Source: a virus (Duplodnaviria; Heunggongvirae; Uroviricota; Caudoviricetes). Taken from it: a DNA stretch of 64,000 bases. Below, piece after piece: positions 49,455 through 60,161 of the stretch. The translations under genes and the position numbers were made by a program. A model generated the notes under the pieces. That model saw only the letters and a program-made list of their open reading frames with translations, did not search any database and was not told the DNA's origin. Location of the stretch: positions 28,944 through 92,943 of the IMG/VR virus record IMGVR_UViG_3300028042_000001. One strand, written 5' to 3'. Within the stretch, counting starts at the first letter, position 1. Each line of letters opens with the position of its first letter.

Positions 49455-50996
49455 ATGTACCAAGATACGTTAATAGTAGAATCAATAGATAATTCGTTTC
49501 TTTTTATTGAAACTGATCCATCTATTGCTAGAGAATTATCAGATTTTTTCTCTTTTATGACACCAAATTATAGGTTTATGCCAAAGTATAAACAAGGTTT
49601 GTGGGATGGAAAAACTAGATTGTATAAAATATTAGGTTCATCTCTTCCTTCTGGATTGTATGATATTCTGCTTAAATTTGCCGCTGATAATGATTATAAG
49701 ATAGATGATAGGAGAACTCGTTCTTATATAAAAAAACCATTAGAGAGTGATGTGGATGCGTTCTTATCTAATTTAAACCCATATTCTGATGGGAATAAAA
49801 TTAATCATTATGATTATCAGATAGAATCTGTAAAAAAGGTGATAATGGATGAAAGAGTAACTATTGTTTCTACTACTTCATCAGGTAAATCATTGATTAT
49901 ATATTCTCTTATTAGATGGTATCAGCCGTTAATAAAAAGAAAAATTCTTATTATTGTTCCTACTGTTGGATTAGTAACACAGATGTATTCTGATTTCGAT
50001 GATTATGCTTCTGAAATACCATGGTTTTCTGCTGATAATATACATAAAATCCACCAAGGCAAAAAAAAGAATTCTGATAAAAATGTTTATGTTTCTACAT
50101 GGCAATCATTACAGAAAATGCCAAAAGAATATTTTGAACAGTTTGATGTTATTCTTTGTGATGAAGTACATGGTGCAGAAGCTAAATCTATTGTTGGTAT
50201 CATGGAAAAGGCTTCAAATGCGTCTATACGGGCAGGATTTACTGGTACATTAAAGAATATGAAGCTTCATCAATTATCAATTGTAGGTCTATTTGGTGAT
50301 ATTAAGAAGGTAACAACAGCTCGTGAGTTGATGGATAGAGGATTAATCACTAAACTTGACGTGAAATTTTTAATATTAAAATATAATAAAGATGTATGCA
50401 AAGAAATAAATCGTAAAGCTGTTGAAACAATCACAACAAGTGGAAAAAAGATTTATAGAAAGAATTATATATATGAAATTGATTTTTTAACACAATGCAA
50501 TGAAAGAAATAATTATATTTGTAATCTTGCATCTGTATTAAAAGGAAATACCCTTATATTATTTAATAAAATACAAAAACATGGAAAACCTCTTTATAAA
50601 TTAATAAAAGAACGTTTAGGTCATAAAAAAAATGTCTATTATATTAGTGGAGAAACTAAAGCTGATGAAAGAGAAAGAATACGAAAAATAATAGAAACTA
50701 AAAAAGATTGCATTCTTGTTGCTTCTTATGGTACATTATCAACAGGAGTTAATATTAAAAGTTTGCAATATGTTATATTTGCTTCTCCTTATAAAAGTGA
50801 GATTAAAGTACTTCAGTCTATTGGTCGAATTTTGCGATTAAAGGAAGGTAAATTTAATGCTGTTCTTTTTGATATTGTTGATGATTTTAGATATAAAAAG
50901 AGTGTAAATTATTCTTATAAACATTTTATGAACCGTTGGGATATTTATAAAGATGAGAAGTTTCCTATAACTATATCGGAGTATAAAATAATATAA
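49455..50996 (+). CDS. uvsW: UvsW helicase
   Basis: WDGKTRLY, TTSSGKSLI, STWQSL, DEVH, GFTGT, YGTLSTGVNI, QSIGRILR. Confidence 0.96.
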   Translation: MYQDTLIVESIDNSFLFIETDPSIARELSDFFSFMTPNYRFMPKYKQGLWDGKTRLYKILGSSLPSGLYDILLKFAADNDYKIDDRRTRSYIKKPLESDVDAFLSNLNPYSDGNKINHYDYQIESVKKVIMDERVTIVSTTSSGKSLIIYSLIRWYQPLIKRKILIIVPTVGLVTQMYSDFDDYASEIPWFSADNIHKIHQGKKKNSDKNVYVSTWQSLQKMPKEYFEQFDVILCDEVHGAEAKSIVGIMEKASNASIRAGFTGTLKNMKLHQLSIVGLFGDIKKVTTARELMDRGLITKLDVKFLILKYNKDVCKEINRKAVETITTSGKKIYRKNYIYEIDFLTQCNERNNYICNLASVLKGNTLILFNKIQKHGKPLYKLIKERLGHKKNVYYISGETKADERERIRKIIETKKDCILVASYGTLSTGVNIKSLQYVIFASPYKSEIKVLQSIGRILRLKEGKFNAVLFDIVDDFRYKKSVNYSYKHFMNRWDIYKDEKFPITISEYKII

Positions 50997-51563
50997 ATGG
51001 CTGGATATGTTGATAACAAAAAATTTACGAAAGAATTGGGAAAATGGGCAAAAAAAGTAAGAAATCAGATTAAAAAAGGCGAAAAACCTGATAAAATGGA
51101 TGATTATATTGGAGAATGTGTTTATCTGATATGTAATAATACAAGATATAGTAGATTTTTTATCGGATATACTAATAATGATACAATGATTCATGAAATG
51201 ATTGGTGATGCCATTGAAAATTGTTTAAGATATGCTAAAAATTTTGATGGAGATAAGTTTAATAATGCATTTGGTTATATAAATCGTATAGCTTATTTTG
51301 CATTTATACGTTATATTAAAAAAGAGAAAAAAAGATATGTTAATCATTTGTTGTATATCCGAAAATCTTTTTCTGAAAATGATATACGGAATGCTTTAGA
51401 TGCTGATAATCCAAATGATATAAAATCTTATAATACTTACACGGATCATATGCTATCTATACTTGATGATATGGGTATAGAATTACCAAAAGAACCTAAA
51501 AAGAAAAAGAAGAAAAGGAAAAAAACTCCTATAGAAGAAATGCTAACAGGAGAAGAATATTAA
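50997..51563 (+). CDS. gp55: Late sigma factor, T4 gp55-like
   Basis: YVDNKKF, YIGECVYLI, FIGYT...EMIGDAIENCLRY..NFD, NAFGYINRIAYFAFIRYIKKEK. Confidence 0.93.
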   Translation: MAGYVDNKKFTKELGKWAKKVRNQIKKGEKPDKMDDYIGECVYLICNNTRYSRFFIGYTNNDTMIHEMIGDAIENCLRYAKNFDGDKFNNAFGYINRIAYFAFIRYIKKEKKRYVNHLLYIRKSFSENDIRNALDADNPNDIKSYNTYTDHMLSILDDMGIELPKEPKKKKKKRKKTPIEEMLTGEEY

Positions 51564-51596
51564 TGGATTATTTGTATAATGAATAAAGGAGAAAAA

Positions 51597-52637
51597 ATGA
51601 AAATAGCAATTATTGCAGATTCACATTTTGGCTGTAGAAAAAATAGCCAATATTTTATGAAGCAACAAAAGAAATATTATGAAGAATGTTTCTTTCCTTA
51701 TTTAAAAAGTAAAGGAATAAAAATAATATTTCATCTTGGAGATTTTTTTGATAACAGAAAAACTGTGAATTTTGAGACATTAAGACATGCTAAAGATTGT
51801 TTTATTAATCCAATAATTAAAAATGGTATGATTCTTCATATGCTTATTGGAAATCATGATTCTTTTTATAAATCTAATGGAGATATTACATCTACTAAAT
51901 TATTATTTGATGATATTGATAATATCTATATATATGATTATATTGAAGAATTGAATATACATGGAGTTAATTTTCTTATGGTTCCATGGATATTTCCTAT
52001 TCAACAAGAGAAAATAAATAATATTCTTAGGACTACTACATCTGATGTAGTTTGTGGTCATTTTGAAATGAATGGTGTTGTGTTTCAGGGTAATACTATT
52101 TCTCGTAAAGGTATGGACACTGATACATTTTCTCATATACCTCATGTTTTTAGTGGTCATTATCATAAAAAATCTCAATATTATGTTGGATCTCCTTATG
52201 AAATGTGTTGGTCTGATTTTAATGATGAAAAGCGTATTGTTATTTTTGATACAGAAACTCAAGATACAGAAGATGTTTATATTGCAGATCCTATACATCA
52301 TAAAATAATTTATCCTGATGTATCAGATCAATCATGGATGCCTGATATAAAAGATAAAATTATACGGGTTATTGTTGAAAAGAAAGAAAATCCTGCTGAT
52401 TTTGATAAATATATTGAAAAACTTGAATCTTTTGAACCTCATAGTATTGATATAAAAGAGGAGTATTTGTATGTTGATGTTATTAATGATGATGATTTGG
52501 ATGATGAAACTGATACGCTTGGTGTATTATTAGCTTCTATTGATAATATGGATGAATTAAGTGATGGTGATCAGACTGTAATAAAAGAAATAATGAAACA
52601 ATTATATGAAAAGGCAGGTAACAATGATAAAATTTAA
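51597..52637 (+). CDS. gp47: Recombination endonuclease (Mre11/SbcD-like), gp47
   Basis: DSHFG, HLGDFFD, IGNHD, GHFE, SGHYH; likely start MKIAII. Confidence 0.95.
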   Translation: MKIAIIADSHFGCRKNSQYFMKQQKKYYEECFFPYLKSKGIKIIFHLGDFFDNRKTVNFETLRHAKDCFINPIIKNGMILHMLIGNHDSFYKSNGDITSTKLLFDDIDNIYIYDYIEELNIHGVNFLMVPWIFPIQQEKINNILRTTTSDVVCGHFEMNGVVFQGNTISRKGMDTDTFSHIPHVFSGHYHKKSQYYVGSPYEMCWSDFNDEKRIVIFDTETQDTEDVYIADPIHHKIIYPDVSDQSWMPDIKDKIIRVIVEKKENPADFDKYIEKLESFEPHSIDIKEEYLYVDVINDDDLDDETDTLGVLLASIDNMDELSDGDQTVIKEIMKQLYEKAGNNDKI

Positions 52638-54801
52638 ACGTATATTATATAAAAATTTTCTTTCTGTTGGTGATCAAGGTAATATTATTGACCTTGATAA
52701 AACATTAACTACTGTTATAACAGGAGAAAATGGAGCAGGTAAATCAACATTTATCGATGCATTAGTTTATGCTTTGTTTGGGAAACCTTTTAGGAAAGTT
52801 CGTCTTGGACAACTTGTAAATAACGTAAATGAAAAGGGATTAATTGTTGATATAGAATTTTCAATAGGATCTAAACAATATATTGTTAAAAGAGGAATGA
52901 AACCTTCTATATTTGAAATATGGGTTGATGGTGAAATGATTCCTCAACCAGCAGAAACAAAAGATTATCAATCTATTCTTGAGGGAGATATCCTTAAACT
53001 AAATTATAAATCATTTACACAGATAATTGTTCTTGGTTCTGCATCGTTTAAACCTTTCATGCAACAAAAATTAGCAGTTCGTAGAGAAATTATCGAAGAT
53101 TTGCTTGATATTTCTGTATTTTCTCAGATGAATACCCTTCTTAAATCAAAAATAAAAGAAGCAAAATCAGAAATAATTGATGTTGATCATAAATTATCTA
53201 TAAAAAAGGAACAATACTCTTCTAAAAGAACTTATTTATTAGAAGCTAATGATGATCATAAAAAACGAATTAGTGTTGTTAATGATAATATATTAGAAAA
53301 AAAAGAGAAGATAAAACTCACAAATTTAGATAAAGATTCTGTTGAACATATTATTATTGAATTAGAAGAATCTATTTTTAAATTGATTGATGTTGAAGAT
53401 AAAATTAAATTATTAAATAAACAATATACTGATATTGAGAAACAATTATATAGAGATAAAGATATGTTGGCACAATATCATAAAGATAATAATATTATTA
53501 ATGATGCTAATAAAAAGATTTCTGATTGTGAAAAACGTATAATAGAACTTATTAAAAAAAGAAAAATCCTTGATAAAATAGAAAAAGATACTCGTATTAT
53601 TATTAATTCTTATGATGATGATATTAGTGATCAAGTTACTGATATTAACACAAAAATGATTTTATTATCTAATGATATTATTGCTAATGAAATTAAGTTA
53701 AAATTTTATAAAGATAATGAAAGTTGTCCAGAATGTAAGCAGGACATTGAACAGTTATTTAGAGAGGATTTTATTAGTGATCTTACTTCTATAATTGATA
53801 AGGGTAATGAAGATTACAATAATTATAAGGATAAAATTGATAAAATAAAGATTGATTTGGCTGATAGTATTAATTTTATAAAGAAATTAAATAAAACATC
53901 AGCCGATATTCAGATTATTGATTTTGATATTGATAAATTGAAAAATTCTATTGATATAATAAATGAATCTATTAGTTTGTTAGATTATAAAAATGAAAAA
54001 TCTATAAGTGATAAAGAACATGATATATCATTATTGTTAAAAGAAATAGATGATAGTAATGACAAAATAAATCAATATACAGAGAATTATAATAAATTGT
54101 TATCATTGCGAAAGAAATTGAATAAAATGCAACAATCATTAGCTCTTATTATTCAATCAATAGACAATTATACTATTAATCATGATGCTCTTGTTATTGA
54201 ACTGAAGGAATTAAAAAGTATCCCTGCATGTTCTATTACACAAGAAGATATAGATTCTCTTGCTATTGATATCAAATCATTTGACAAATCTTTAGACAAA
54301 AAGAAACATATGCTCCATTATTTTGGAATTGTACAAAGATTATTAAAAGATGATGGATTAAAAACAAAAATAATAAAAAAATTCTTGCCTGTTATAAATG
54401 CAACTGTTAATATGTATCTTGATAAGTTTGATTTTCCTATTAACTTTGAATTTGATGAAAATTTTAATGAAACTATTCAATCAAAATTTAGGAGTGATTT
54501 TTCTTATTATTCATTTTCAGAAGGAGAAAAATCAAGAATAGATTTAGCATTATTATTTACATGGAGAGAAACATCATTAAAAAAATCAAGAAATGCTACG
54601 AATATCATTATTTTTGATGAAATATTTGATGGTTCTCTTGATGGAGGAGGTATTGAGAATTTTATGGATATTCTTGGTTTAGATAAAGAGGGATATAGTT
54701 CGTTTATTATATCTCATAAAGATGAAACAATTAATAGTAGATTTGACAGGACTCTTGATTTTAACAAGGACGGTCATTTCTCAAAAATGATGGAGAAATA
54801 A
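52624..54801 (+). CDS. gp46: Recombination ATPase (Rad50/SbcC-like), gp46
   Basis: GENGAGKS, CPEC zinc hook, FSEGEKSRIDLALLF, IFDEIFDGSLD. Confidence 0.96.
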   Translation: MIKFKRILYKNFLSVGDQGNIIDLDKTLTTVITGENGAGKSTFIDALVYALFGKPFRKVRLGQLVNNVNEKGLIVDIEFSIGSKQYIVKRGMKPSIFEIWVDGEMIPQPAETKDYQSILEGDILKLNYKSFTQIIVLGSASFKPFMQQKLAVRREIIEDLLDISVFSQMNTLLKSKIKEAKSEIIDVDHKLSIKKEQYSSKRTYLLEANDDHKKRISVVNDNILEKKEKIKLTNLDKDSVEHIIIELEESIFKLIDVEDKIKLLNKQYTDIEKQLYRDKDMLAQYHKDNNIINDANKKISDCEKRIIELIKKRKILDKIEKDTRIIINSYDDDISDQVTDINTKMILLSNDIIANEIKLKFYKDNESCPECKQDIEQLFREDFISDLTSIIDKGNEDYNNYKDKIDKIKIDLADSINFIKKLNKTSADIQIIDFDIDKLKNSIDIINESISLLDYKNEKSISDKEHDISLLLKEIDDSNDKINQYTENYNKLLSLRKKLNKMQQSLALIIQSIDNYTINHDALVIELKELKSIPACSITQEDIDSLAIDIKSFDKSLDKKKHMLHYFGIVQRLLKDDGLKTKIIKKFLPVINATVNMYLDKFDFPINFEFDENFNETIQSKFRSDFSYYSFSEGEKSRIDLALLFTWRETSLKKSRNATNIIIFDEIFDGSLDGGGIENFMDILGLDKEGYSSFIISHKDETINSRFDRTLDFNKDGHFSKMMEK

Positions 54802-55487
54802 TGAAAGTATCAGAAAACACGTTGAAATTATTGAAAAATTTTGCAGGTATCAATCCTTCTATTCTTATAAGAAAAGGATCTTTACTTGTTACACAATCAA
54901 TTCCCGGAGACATTCTTGCAGAAGCCCAAATTCAAGAAGATTTTCCCGTTGAATTTGGGCTGTATGATCTTACAGAGTTTTTAAATACTCTTAAATTATT
55001 TAGTTCGCCTATTCTTGATTTTAGTAATGCAGATAATAATTATGTTAATATATGTGAAGAAGATGATCTTTCTTTTAAGGTTAAATATACATTTGCTAAT
55101 AAGAAACATATCACATATCCAAAAAATCGACCTGTAGAGGAACCTCGTGATATTGAATTTGATCTTGATATCCCTACATTAGATTCAATAATGAAAGCCG
55201 CTAATGTTATGCAACTGCCAAATATGATAGTATTGCCTAGTACAGATGGTAATGTTAGAATAGAAGTATCTGATATGAAAGATAAATCTTCAAATTGTTT
55301 TTCTATTGATATAAAAGGAACAATAGAATCTCTAACTGATTTTTCTGCCATATTTAAAATGGATTCATTTAAAATGTTGCCTAATAATTATAGTGTTTCT
55401 ATTGCATCATCTCAAAAATCATCTTGGGAATCAGAAAATGTTGATTATTATATTGGAATGCATTCTAAATCATGGTTTAAACAATAG
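54801..55487 (+). CDS. gp45: Sliding clamp, gp45
   Basis: MKVSENTLKLLKNFAGINPSILI, FGLYDLTEFLNTL. Confidence 0.94.
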   Translation: MKVSENTLKLLKNFAGINPSILIRKGSLLVTQSIPGDILAEAQIQEDFPVEFGLYDLTEFLNTLKLFSSPILDFSNADNNYVNICEEDDLSFKVKYTFANKKHITYPKNRPVEEPRDIEFDLDIPTLDSIMKAANVMQLPNMIVLPSTDGNVRIEVSDMKDKSSNCFSIDIKGTIESLTDFSAIFKMDSFKMLPNNYSVSIASSQKSSWESENVDYYIGMHSKSWFKQ

Positions 55488-55495
55488 GAGACTTA

Positions 55496-56428
55496 ATGAT
55501 ATCAGATGAAAAGGAATTTATTTGGGAGAACAAATATCGCCCTCAAACTGTATCTGAGTGTGTTTTACCACATTCAATAAAAGCGAAAGCAGATAAAATT
55601 ATTGAATGTGGTGAAATGCAAAATATGTTATTTTATTCTGGCCCCGGAACAGGAAAAACAACGTTAGCAATGGCTTTATGTGAGCAATTAGAACTTGATT
55701 ATATTTTAATAAATGGTTCTAGAGAAGGAAGATTAATAGAAACAGTTAGAAACACTGTAACTCATTTTGCTAATACTATGTCTATTCTTGGTTCTGGTGG
55801 TACGAAAGTAGTAATATATGATGAATTTGATAATGCTGGTGAAGTACAGATGGCTATTCGTGGTTTGATGGATGAAGTTTCATCTTCTTGTCGGTTTATT
55901 TTTACTGGTAATTATGTTACCAAGATTATAGAACCTATTCAATCAAGAACAACTATGATAGATTTTTCTATTCCTGTTAAAGAACAGCCGGAAATAATGG
56001 GTAAGATTATGGGAAGATGTTCGTCTATTTTAAAGAATGAGGGGGTTGAATATGATAGTGCAGTCCTTGCTCAATTTATTAAAAAAACTTTCCCTGATTT
56101 TAGGAAAATATTAAATGAATTGCAATCATATTCATCATTAGGTAAAATAGATGCAGGTATTCTTGAACTTTCTACTACACGATATGATTATCTTGTTGAT
56201 GCTATTATTAATAAAGATTTTAAGAGTTGTGAGAAATGGACAAATGGTAATACATATGATGCATCTATATATTCGCTCATAACAAAATCTATGAGAAGTA
56301 AGGTAGATGGACTTAAATGGATGGAAATCGTTCTAGAGGCAGATGAACGACAATATAGACATTCATTCGCTGTTGATCCTGATATAACTCTTTGGGCATT
56401 TTGTGTAGTTGTTATGGGTATAATTTAA
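55496..56428 (+). CDS. gp44: Clamp loader large subunit, gp44
   Basis: WENKYRPQTVSEC, GPGTGKTT, DEFD, CRFIFTGN, IIEPIQSR. Confidence 0.96.
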   Translation: MISDEKEFIWENKYRPQTVSECVLPHSIKAKADKIIECGEMQNMLFYSGPGTGKTTLAMALCEQLELDYILINGSREGRLIETVRNTVTHFANTMSILGSGGTKVVIYDEFDNAGEVQMAIRGLMDEVSSSCRFIFTGNYVTKIIEPIQSRTTMIDFSIPVKEQPEIMGKIMGRCSSILKNEGVEYDSAVLAQFIKKTFPDFRKILNELQSYSSLGKIDAGILELSTTRYDYLVDAIINKDFKSCEKWTNGNTYDASIYSLITKSMRSKVDGLKWMEIVLEADERQYRHSFAVDPDITLWAFCVVVMGII

Positions 56429-56817
56429 TGACAACTACAACATCAAGTTATTTTTTTAATGCGGTTTCATATACGAAAGATAGAGAACAATTTACAGAAG
56501 GAGAAATAAATAAAGATTACAAACCATATGTGATTAATAGAATGGTTGCTGGTTATAGTGATTTAGTTTTATTAGCAGATGCTATGAATAATAGTCATAA
56601 TATACCAAAAGATCATCAACTTGATTTTTATATGAGTGTTATTCCTAAAAAGAAAAGAAGAGTTGTTTGGGCGGCAAAAAAGAAGAATGATGATCTTGAG
56701 ACTGTTATGGATTATTATAACATAACACAAGAAAAGGCTGATCCTTATTTAGCTATTTTATCTCATAAACAAATTATTGTTTTGAGAGACATTCTAAATA
56801 AGGGAGGAAGAACATAG
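56428..56817 (+). CDS. gp62: Clamp loader small subunit, gp62
   Basis: YKPYVINR, Q.DFY...IPKKKR, position after gp44. Confidence 0.9.
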   Translation: MTTTTSSYFFNAVSYTKDREQFTEGEINKDYKPYVINRMVAGYSDLVLLADAMNNSHNIPKDHQLDFYMSVIPKKKRRVVWAAKKKNDDLETVMDYYNITQEKADPYLAILSHKQIIVLRDILNKGGRT

Positions 56818-56865
56818 TATTGAAAATGGATTTGATACTATATTAAAATATGAAGGAGAATTATA

Positions 56866-57303
56866 ATGGATGAAGAAGATAAAAGAATGATATCATTAGA
56901 TGAATGGTATTCTGATGTTGCTTTAGAAATTGATCTTATAGATGATCAATCATTTTTAAAGATTAAAGAGACATTAACTAGAATTGGAGTTTCTTCTAAT
57001 AAAGATAATAAAATATTTCAATCTTGCCATATTTTTTCAAAACGAGATAAATATTATATTGTTCATTTTAAAGAGCTGTTTGCTCTTGATGGAAGATATG
57101 TAAATTTATCTAAAGATGATATTGGAAGGAGAAATACTATTGCATGTCTTATTGAAGAATGGGGAATGATTAAAATAAAAGATCATGAATTTGTTAATAG
57201 TGTTCGTTTGCCTGTAACATCATTTAAGATAATTAAATATGCAGAAAAAAATGAATATGAATTAATAGCTAAATATCAAATTGGAAATAAACAAAGGGGT
57301 TAA
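56866..57303 (+). CDS. regA: Translational repressor RegA
   Basis: FLKIKETLTRIGV, QSCHI, YYIVHFKELFALDG, RRNTIA.L.EEWG. Confidence 0.94.
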   Translation: MDEEDKRMISLDEWYSDVALEIDLIDDQSFLKIKETLTRIGVSSNKDNKIFQSCHIFSKRDKYYIVHFKELFALDGRYVNLSKDDIGRRNTIACLIEEWGMIKIKDHEFVNSVRLPVTSFKIIKYAEKNEYELIAKYQIGNKQRG

Positions 57304-57304
57304 T

Positions 57305-57844
57305 ATGTCAATAACTATTGCTGGTGTGTATAAATTGGTAGAAAGAGCAAAAATTCCTAATTTTGCTACAGAATTAAGTGCTTGTGCTGATTTACATGCA
57401 TGTTTTTATAATAAAGAGATTAAATATCATGGAGCATTAGAACCACAATTTGTCCAGAAGTTCGGAACAGATGATGCTTTCATACGTATGTATCCGGGTG
57501 ATATGGTATTAGTGCCTACAGGACTAAAACTATGTATTCCTAAAGGATATTGTCTTGATATTAGATCTCGATCAGGTAATGCATGGAAACGGTTTATTAC
57601 CGTTGTTAATCAACCGGGAACTATTGATTCTGATTACACAGACGAAACATTTGTTCTTTTGTATAATAATTCAAAACATATGCAAGTAATAAAAGATGGT
57701 GATGCTATAGCTCAGTGTAAATTGAATGAATTAGTGCAAACTGATTTTGTAGAAATTAATACTGATCAATTTTGTGTATTTTTTGATTCTATTAAAAAAA
57801 ATTCTTCTCGTGATGGAGGATTTGGATCTACTGATAATAAATAA
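57305..57844 (+). CDS. dut: Trimeric dUTPase
   Basis: ACADL, RSRSG, PGTIDSDY, DAIAQ, RDGGFGST. Confidence 0.93.
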   Translation: MSITIAGVYKLVERAKIPNFATELSACADLHACFYNKEIKYHGALEPQFVQKFGTDDAFIRMYPGDMVLVPTGLKLCIPKGYCLDIRSRSGNAWKRFITVVNQPGTIDSDYTDETFVLLYNNSKHMQVIKDGDAIAQCKLNELVQTDFVEINTDQFCVFFDSIKKNSSRDGGFGSTDNK

Positions 57845-57864
57845 ATAATTTCTTTTTATTATTT

Positions 57865-57902
57865 AAAAACCCATTATTCTTTATTGAGTAATGGGTTTTT
57901 TG
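57865..57902 (+). terminator. Rho-independent terminator
   Basis: AAAACCCATTATTC / GAGTAATGGGTTTT with T tail. Confidence 0.85.
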
Positions 57903-57905
57903 TTA

Positions 57906-57952
57906 TTGACTTTAAATTTATATAGTGTATAGTGTATTCATACTTGAGACAA
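57906..57952 (+). promoter_or_regulatory. Early promoter plus conserved motif
   Basis: TTGACT-16-TATAGT, then 5 nt, then CATACTTGAGACAA. Confidence 0.75.
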
Positions 57953-57976
57953 ATACTACTTATTATGGAGAACACA

Positions 57977-58345
57977 ATGACAAAACGTATAATTACTAAA
58001 AAGGATAGATTGTATGTATGTTGTGATCTTTATGAAGCTGGTATGACTGAAGATGGAGAGAATTTTATTGCTGAGTCATATTATATAGTTATTGAACGAT
58101 GTGATGGACACCGATTGGCACATAATAAAGTTTATCTTGGATGTGAATTATGTGTGATAGATGATGGTGATAATGGTCAGTATAACGGACTTCCTTATTT
58201 TGCTGATGTTCGTAAAGAAGTAAAGAAAACTATTGACTTACTTCTTTCTCGTATTGTTTCTAAAGGTGCGATTGACACGGATTATTGGTCAGAAATGCGT
58301 CCTTCTTATGGATCGGAATATTATTGTGTTTGTCATAATTTATAG
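57977..58345 (+). CDS. Early hypothetical protein
   Basis: GGAG RBS before MTKRIITKK. Confidence 0.6.
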   Translation: MTKRIITKKDRLYVCCDLYEAGMTEDGENFIAESYYIVIERCDGHRLAHNKVYLGCELCVIDDGDNGQYNGLPYFADVRKEVKKTIDLLLSRIVSKGAIDTDYWSEMRPSYGSEYYCVCHNL

Positions 58346-58354
58346 GATATAATA

Positions 58355-58552
58355 ATGAAATTACAAGAAAAAAAAGATAAATTTCGGAAAGAACTTGATG
58401 AGTTTTTAAAAAAACAAAGTAATGAAACTTATGGTGGTGATTCTTTAACTGCTGATGATTGGATGCATTTATTTTTTATTTTAAAAATGGCATTAGATAG
58501 TGGTTGTGTTTGGGAAGATATAAAGAATATTGTTGTTGAGGAGGCTTTATGA
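58355..58552 (+). CDS. Hypothetical protein
   Basis: 65 aa, RBS, operon packing. Confidence 0.5.
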   Translation: MKLQEKKDKFRKELDEFLKKQSNETYGGDSLTADDWMHLFFILKMALDSGCVWEDIKNIVVEEAL

Positions 58553-58764
58553 ATTTTAACAGTAGAAATGTTGAATGTTTTGCTGAAAGATGTAATTGTG
58601 GTGGGAAAGTTTGTGTTTGTGTTTCTTGTGATGGTGTATGGGATGCACATTGTATGGATTGTGATCATTCTATACATGATTATTTTTTGTCTAAAAGACA
58701 ACAACCAACTACAAAATATAAAGCAGTTTTTATATGGAATGTAGTAAATGAAAATGTGATATAA
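58549..58764 (+). CDS. Cys-rich hypothetical protein (possible zinc ribbon)
   Basis: CNC, CVSC, CMDC motifs; GAGGAGG RBS. Confidence 0.5.
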   Translation: MNFNSRNVECFAERCNCGGKVCVCVSCDGVWDAHCMDCDHSIHDYFLSKRQQPTTKYKAVFIWNVVNENVI

Positions 58765-59000
58765 TGAAAACTCTTAGAGAAAAAGTAGATGAATTATATG
58801 AAGAACTTATATATTGTGATTTCAGAACAAGTATAGGTGTAGATAAGGCGAAGAAAAAAATTAGATTGGCATTAAAGCATCAAGATAGAGATACACGACA
58901 TGCATGTGCTGATATTATTGCAAATGCAAATATTAATTTTGATTCTGCTGTTAATGATATAATGAATACCAATAATGGTATAAAATTAAAAGGGTTATAA
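58764..59000 (+). CDS. Hypothetical protein
   Basis: 78 aa; QDRDTRHACA motif. Confidence 0.5.
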   Translation: MKTLREKVDELYEELIYCDFRTSIGVDKAKKKIRLALKHQDRDTRHACADIIANANINFDSAVNDIMNTNNGIKLKGL

Positions 59001-59002
59001 AA

Positions 59003-60046
59003 ATGAGTTCAACATTTGATAAATTATGTACAAACCAATTAATAAATGATTATCCTTCACATATGAAAAATAATATACATTATGAAGTTATTATGGGTTC
59101 TACTGCTTATGGTGTATCTGATGATTCTTCTGATATAGATATATATGGGTTTTGTATGCCTCCTAAACATATATTATTCCCATATCAGAAGAATCATATT
59201 GTTGGTTTTGGTAAAAAACCTGAGAATTTTGAACAGTTTCAAAAACATCATATCATTGATAAAGGCTGTGGGAAGGAATATGATGTTTCGATCTATAATA
59301 TCGTAAAGTTTTTCAATCTTTGTATGGAAAATAATCCTAATATGGTTGATGCTCTTTTTGTTCCTAACAGGTGTGTATTACATTCTACTCAAATAGGAGA
59401 GTATGTAAGAGAAAATCGTAAGATGTTTTTATCAAAAAGAGTATGGCATAAATTTAAAGGTTATGCATTTTCTCAATTACATAAGATGAATAATAAATAT
59501 TTACGAGAATTTGTTCGTTTATGTGATGATTATTATATTCCATATGATTTACCATTAACAGATACTATAGATTTGATGACAAAAAAAAATATTACTAATG
59601 ATAAAATTCATCGTATGAGTATTCTTATTAAAAAAATAGAATCTAATGGTAATAGATCAAAAAGAATTGATGTTATTATTAAATATGGTTATGATACTAA
59701 ATTTGCTTATCATGTTGTAAGATTAATAGATGAATGTCATCAAATTCTTGAAGAAGGTGATCTTGACCTTACAAGAAGCAGGAATCATTTAAAGGCTATT
59801 CGTAGAGGAGAATGGGATGTATCAAAAGTAGAAGAATATTTTGAGGCGAAATTGAAAATTATTGAAGGAATATACGATAGATCAACATTACGTTATTCTC
59901 CTGATGAAGATTCTATTCGTAATCTTTTGCTTGAATGTATTGAAATGCATTATGGAACAGTTGAAAATTATGGAAATGAGGATCGTGTTTGTTTATTATT
60001 AAGTAATGTACAAGATTCTTTATCTAAAATTGAGAAATTGTTATAA
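59003..60046 (+). CDS. Nucleotidyltransferase (Pol-beta superfamily, Nuc-transf/RlaP-like)
   Basis: MGSTAYG.S...SDIDIYG, NPNMVDALF, KFAYHVVRLI. Confidence 0.85.
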   Translation: MSSTFDKLCTNQLINDYPSHMKNNIHYEVIMGSTAYGVSDDSSDIDIYGFCMPPKHILFPYQKNHIVGFGKKPENFEQFQKHHIIDKGCGKEYDVSIYNIVKFFNLCMENNPNMVDALFVPNRCVLHSTQIGEYVRENRKMFLSKRVWHKFKGYAFSQLHKMNNKYLREFVRLCDDYYIPYDLPLTDTIDLMTKKNITNDKIHRMSILIKKIESNGNRSKRIDVIIKYGYDTKFAYHVVRLIDECHQILEEGDLDLTRSRNHLKAIRRGEWDVSKVEEYFEAKLKIIEGIYDRSTLRYSPDEDSIRNLLLECIEMHYGTVENYGNEDRVCLLLSNVQDSLSKIEKLL

Positions 60047-60161
60047 TAAAAACAAAAGAAAAAAAATGTATAAATAATAATATGAATATATCCTTTCGAT
60101 TATTATTATTTATACATAACTAAAATATATAATGTTAAAATTATACCAAAGGTGATATATA

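Noticed and set aside
36521-56428. Introns or inteins in terminase, portal, capsid, UvsW, gp46 or gp44
   Set aside because: All are single uninterrupted ORFs of expected size, with no intein C/S...HN motifs. The extra length of gp46 is coiled coil.
56866-57844. DNA polymerase gp43 missing after regA
   Set aside because: Gene order varies among distant T4-like phages and the gene may lie outside the window.
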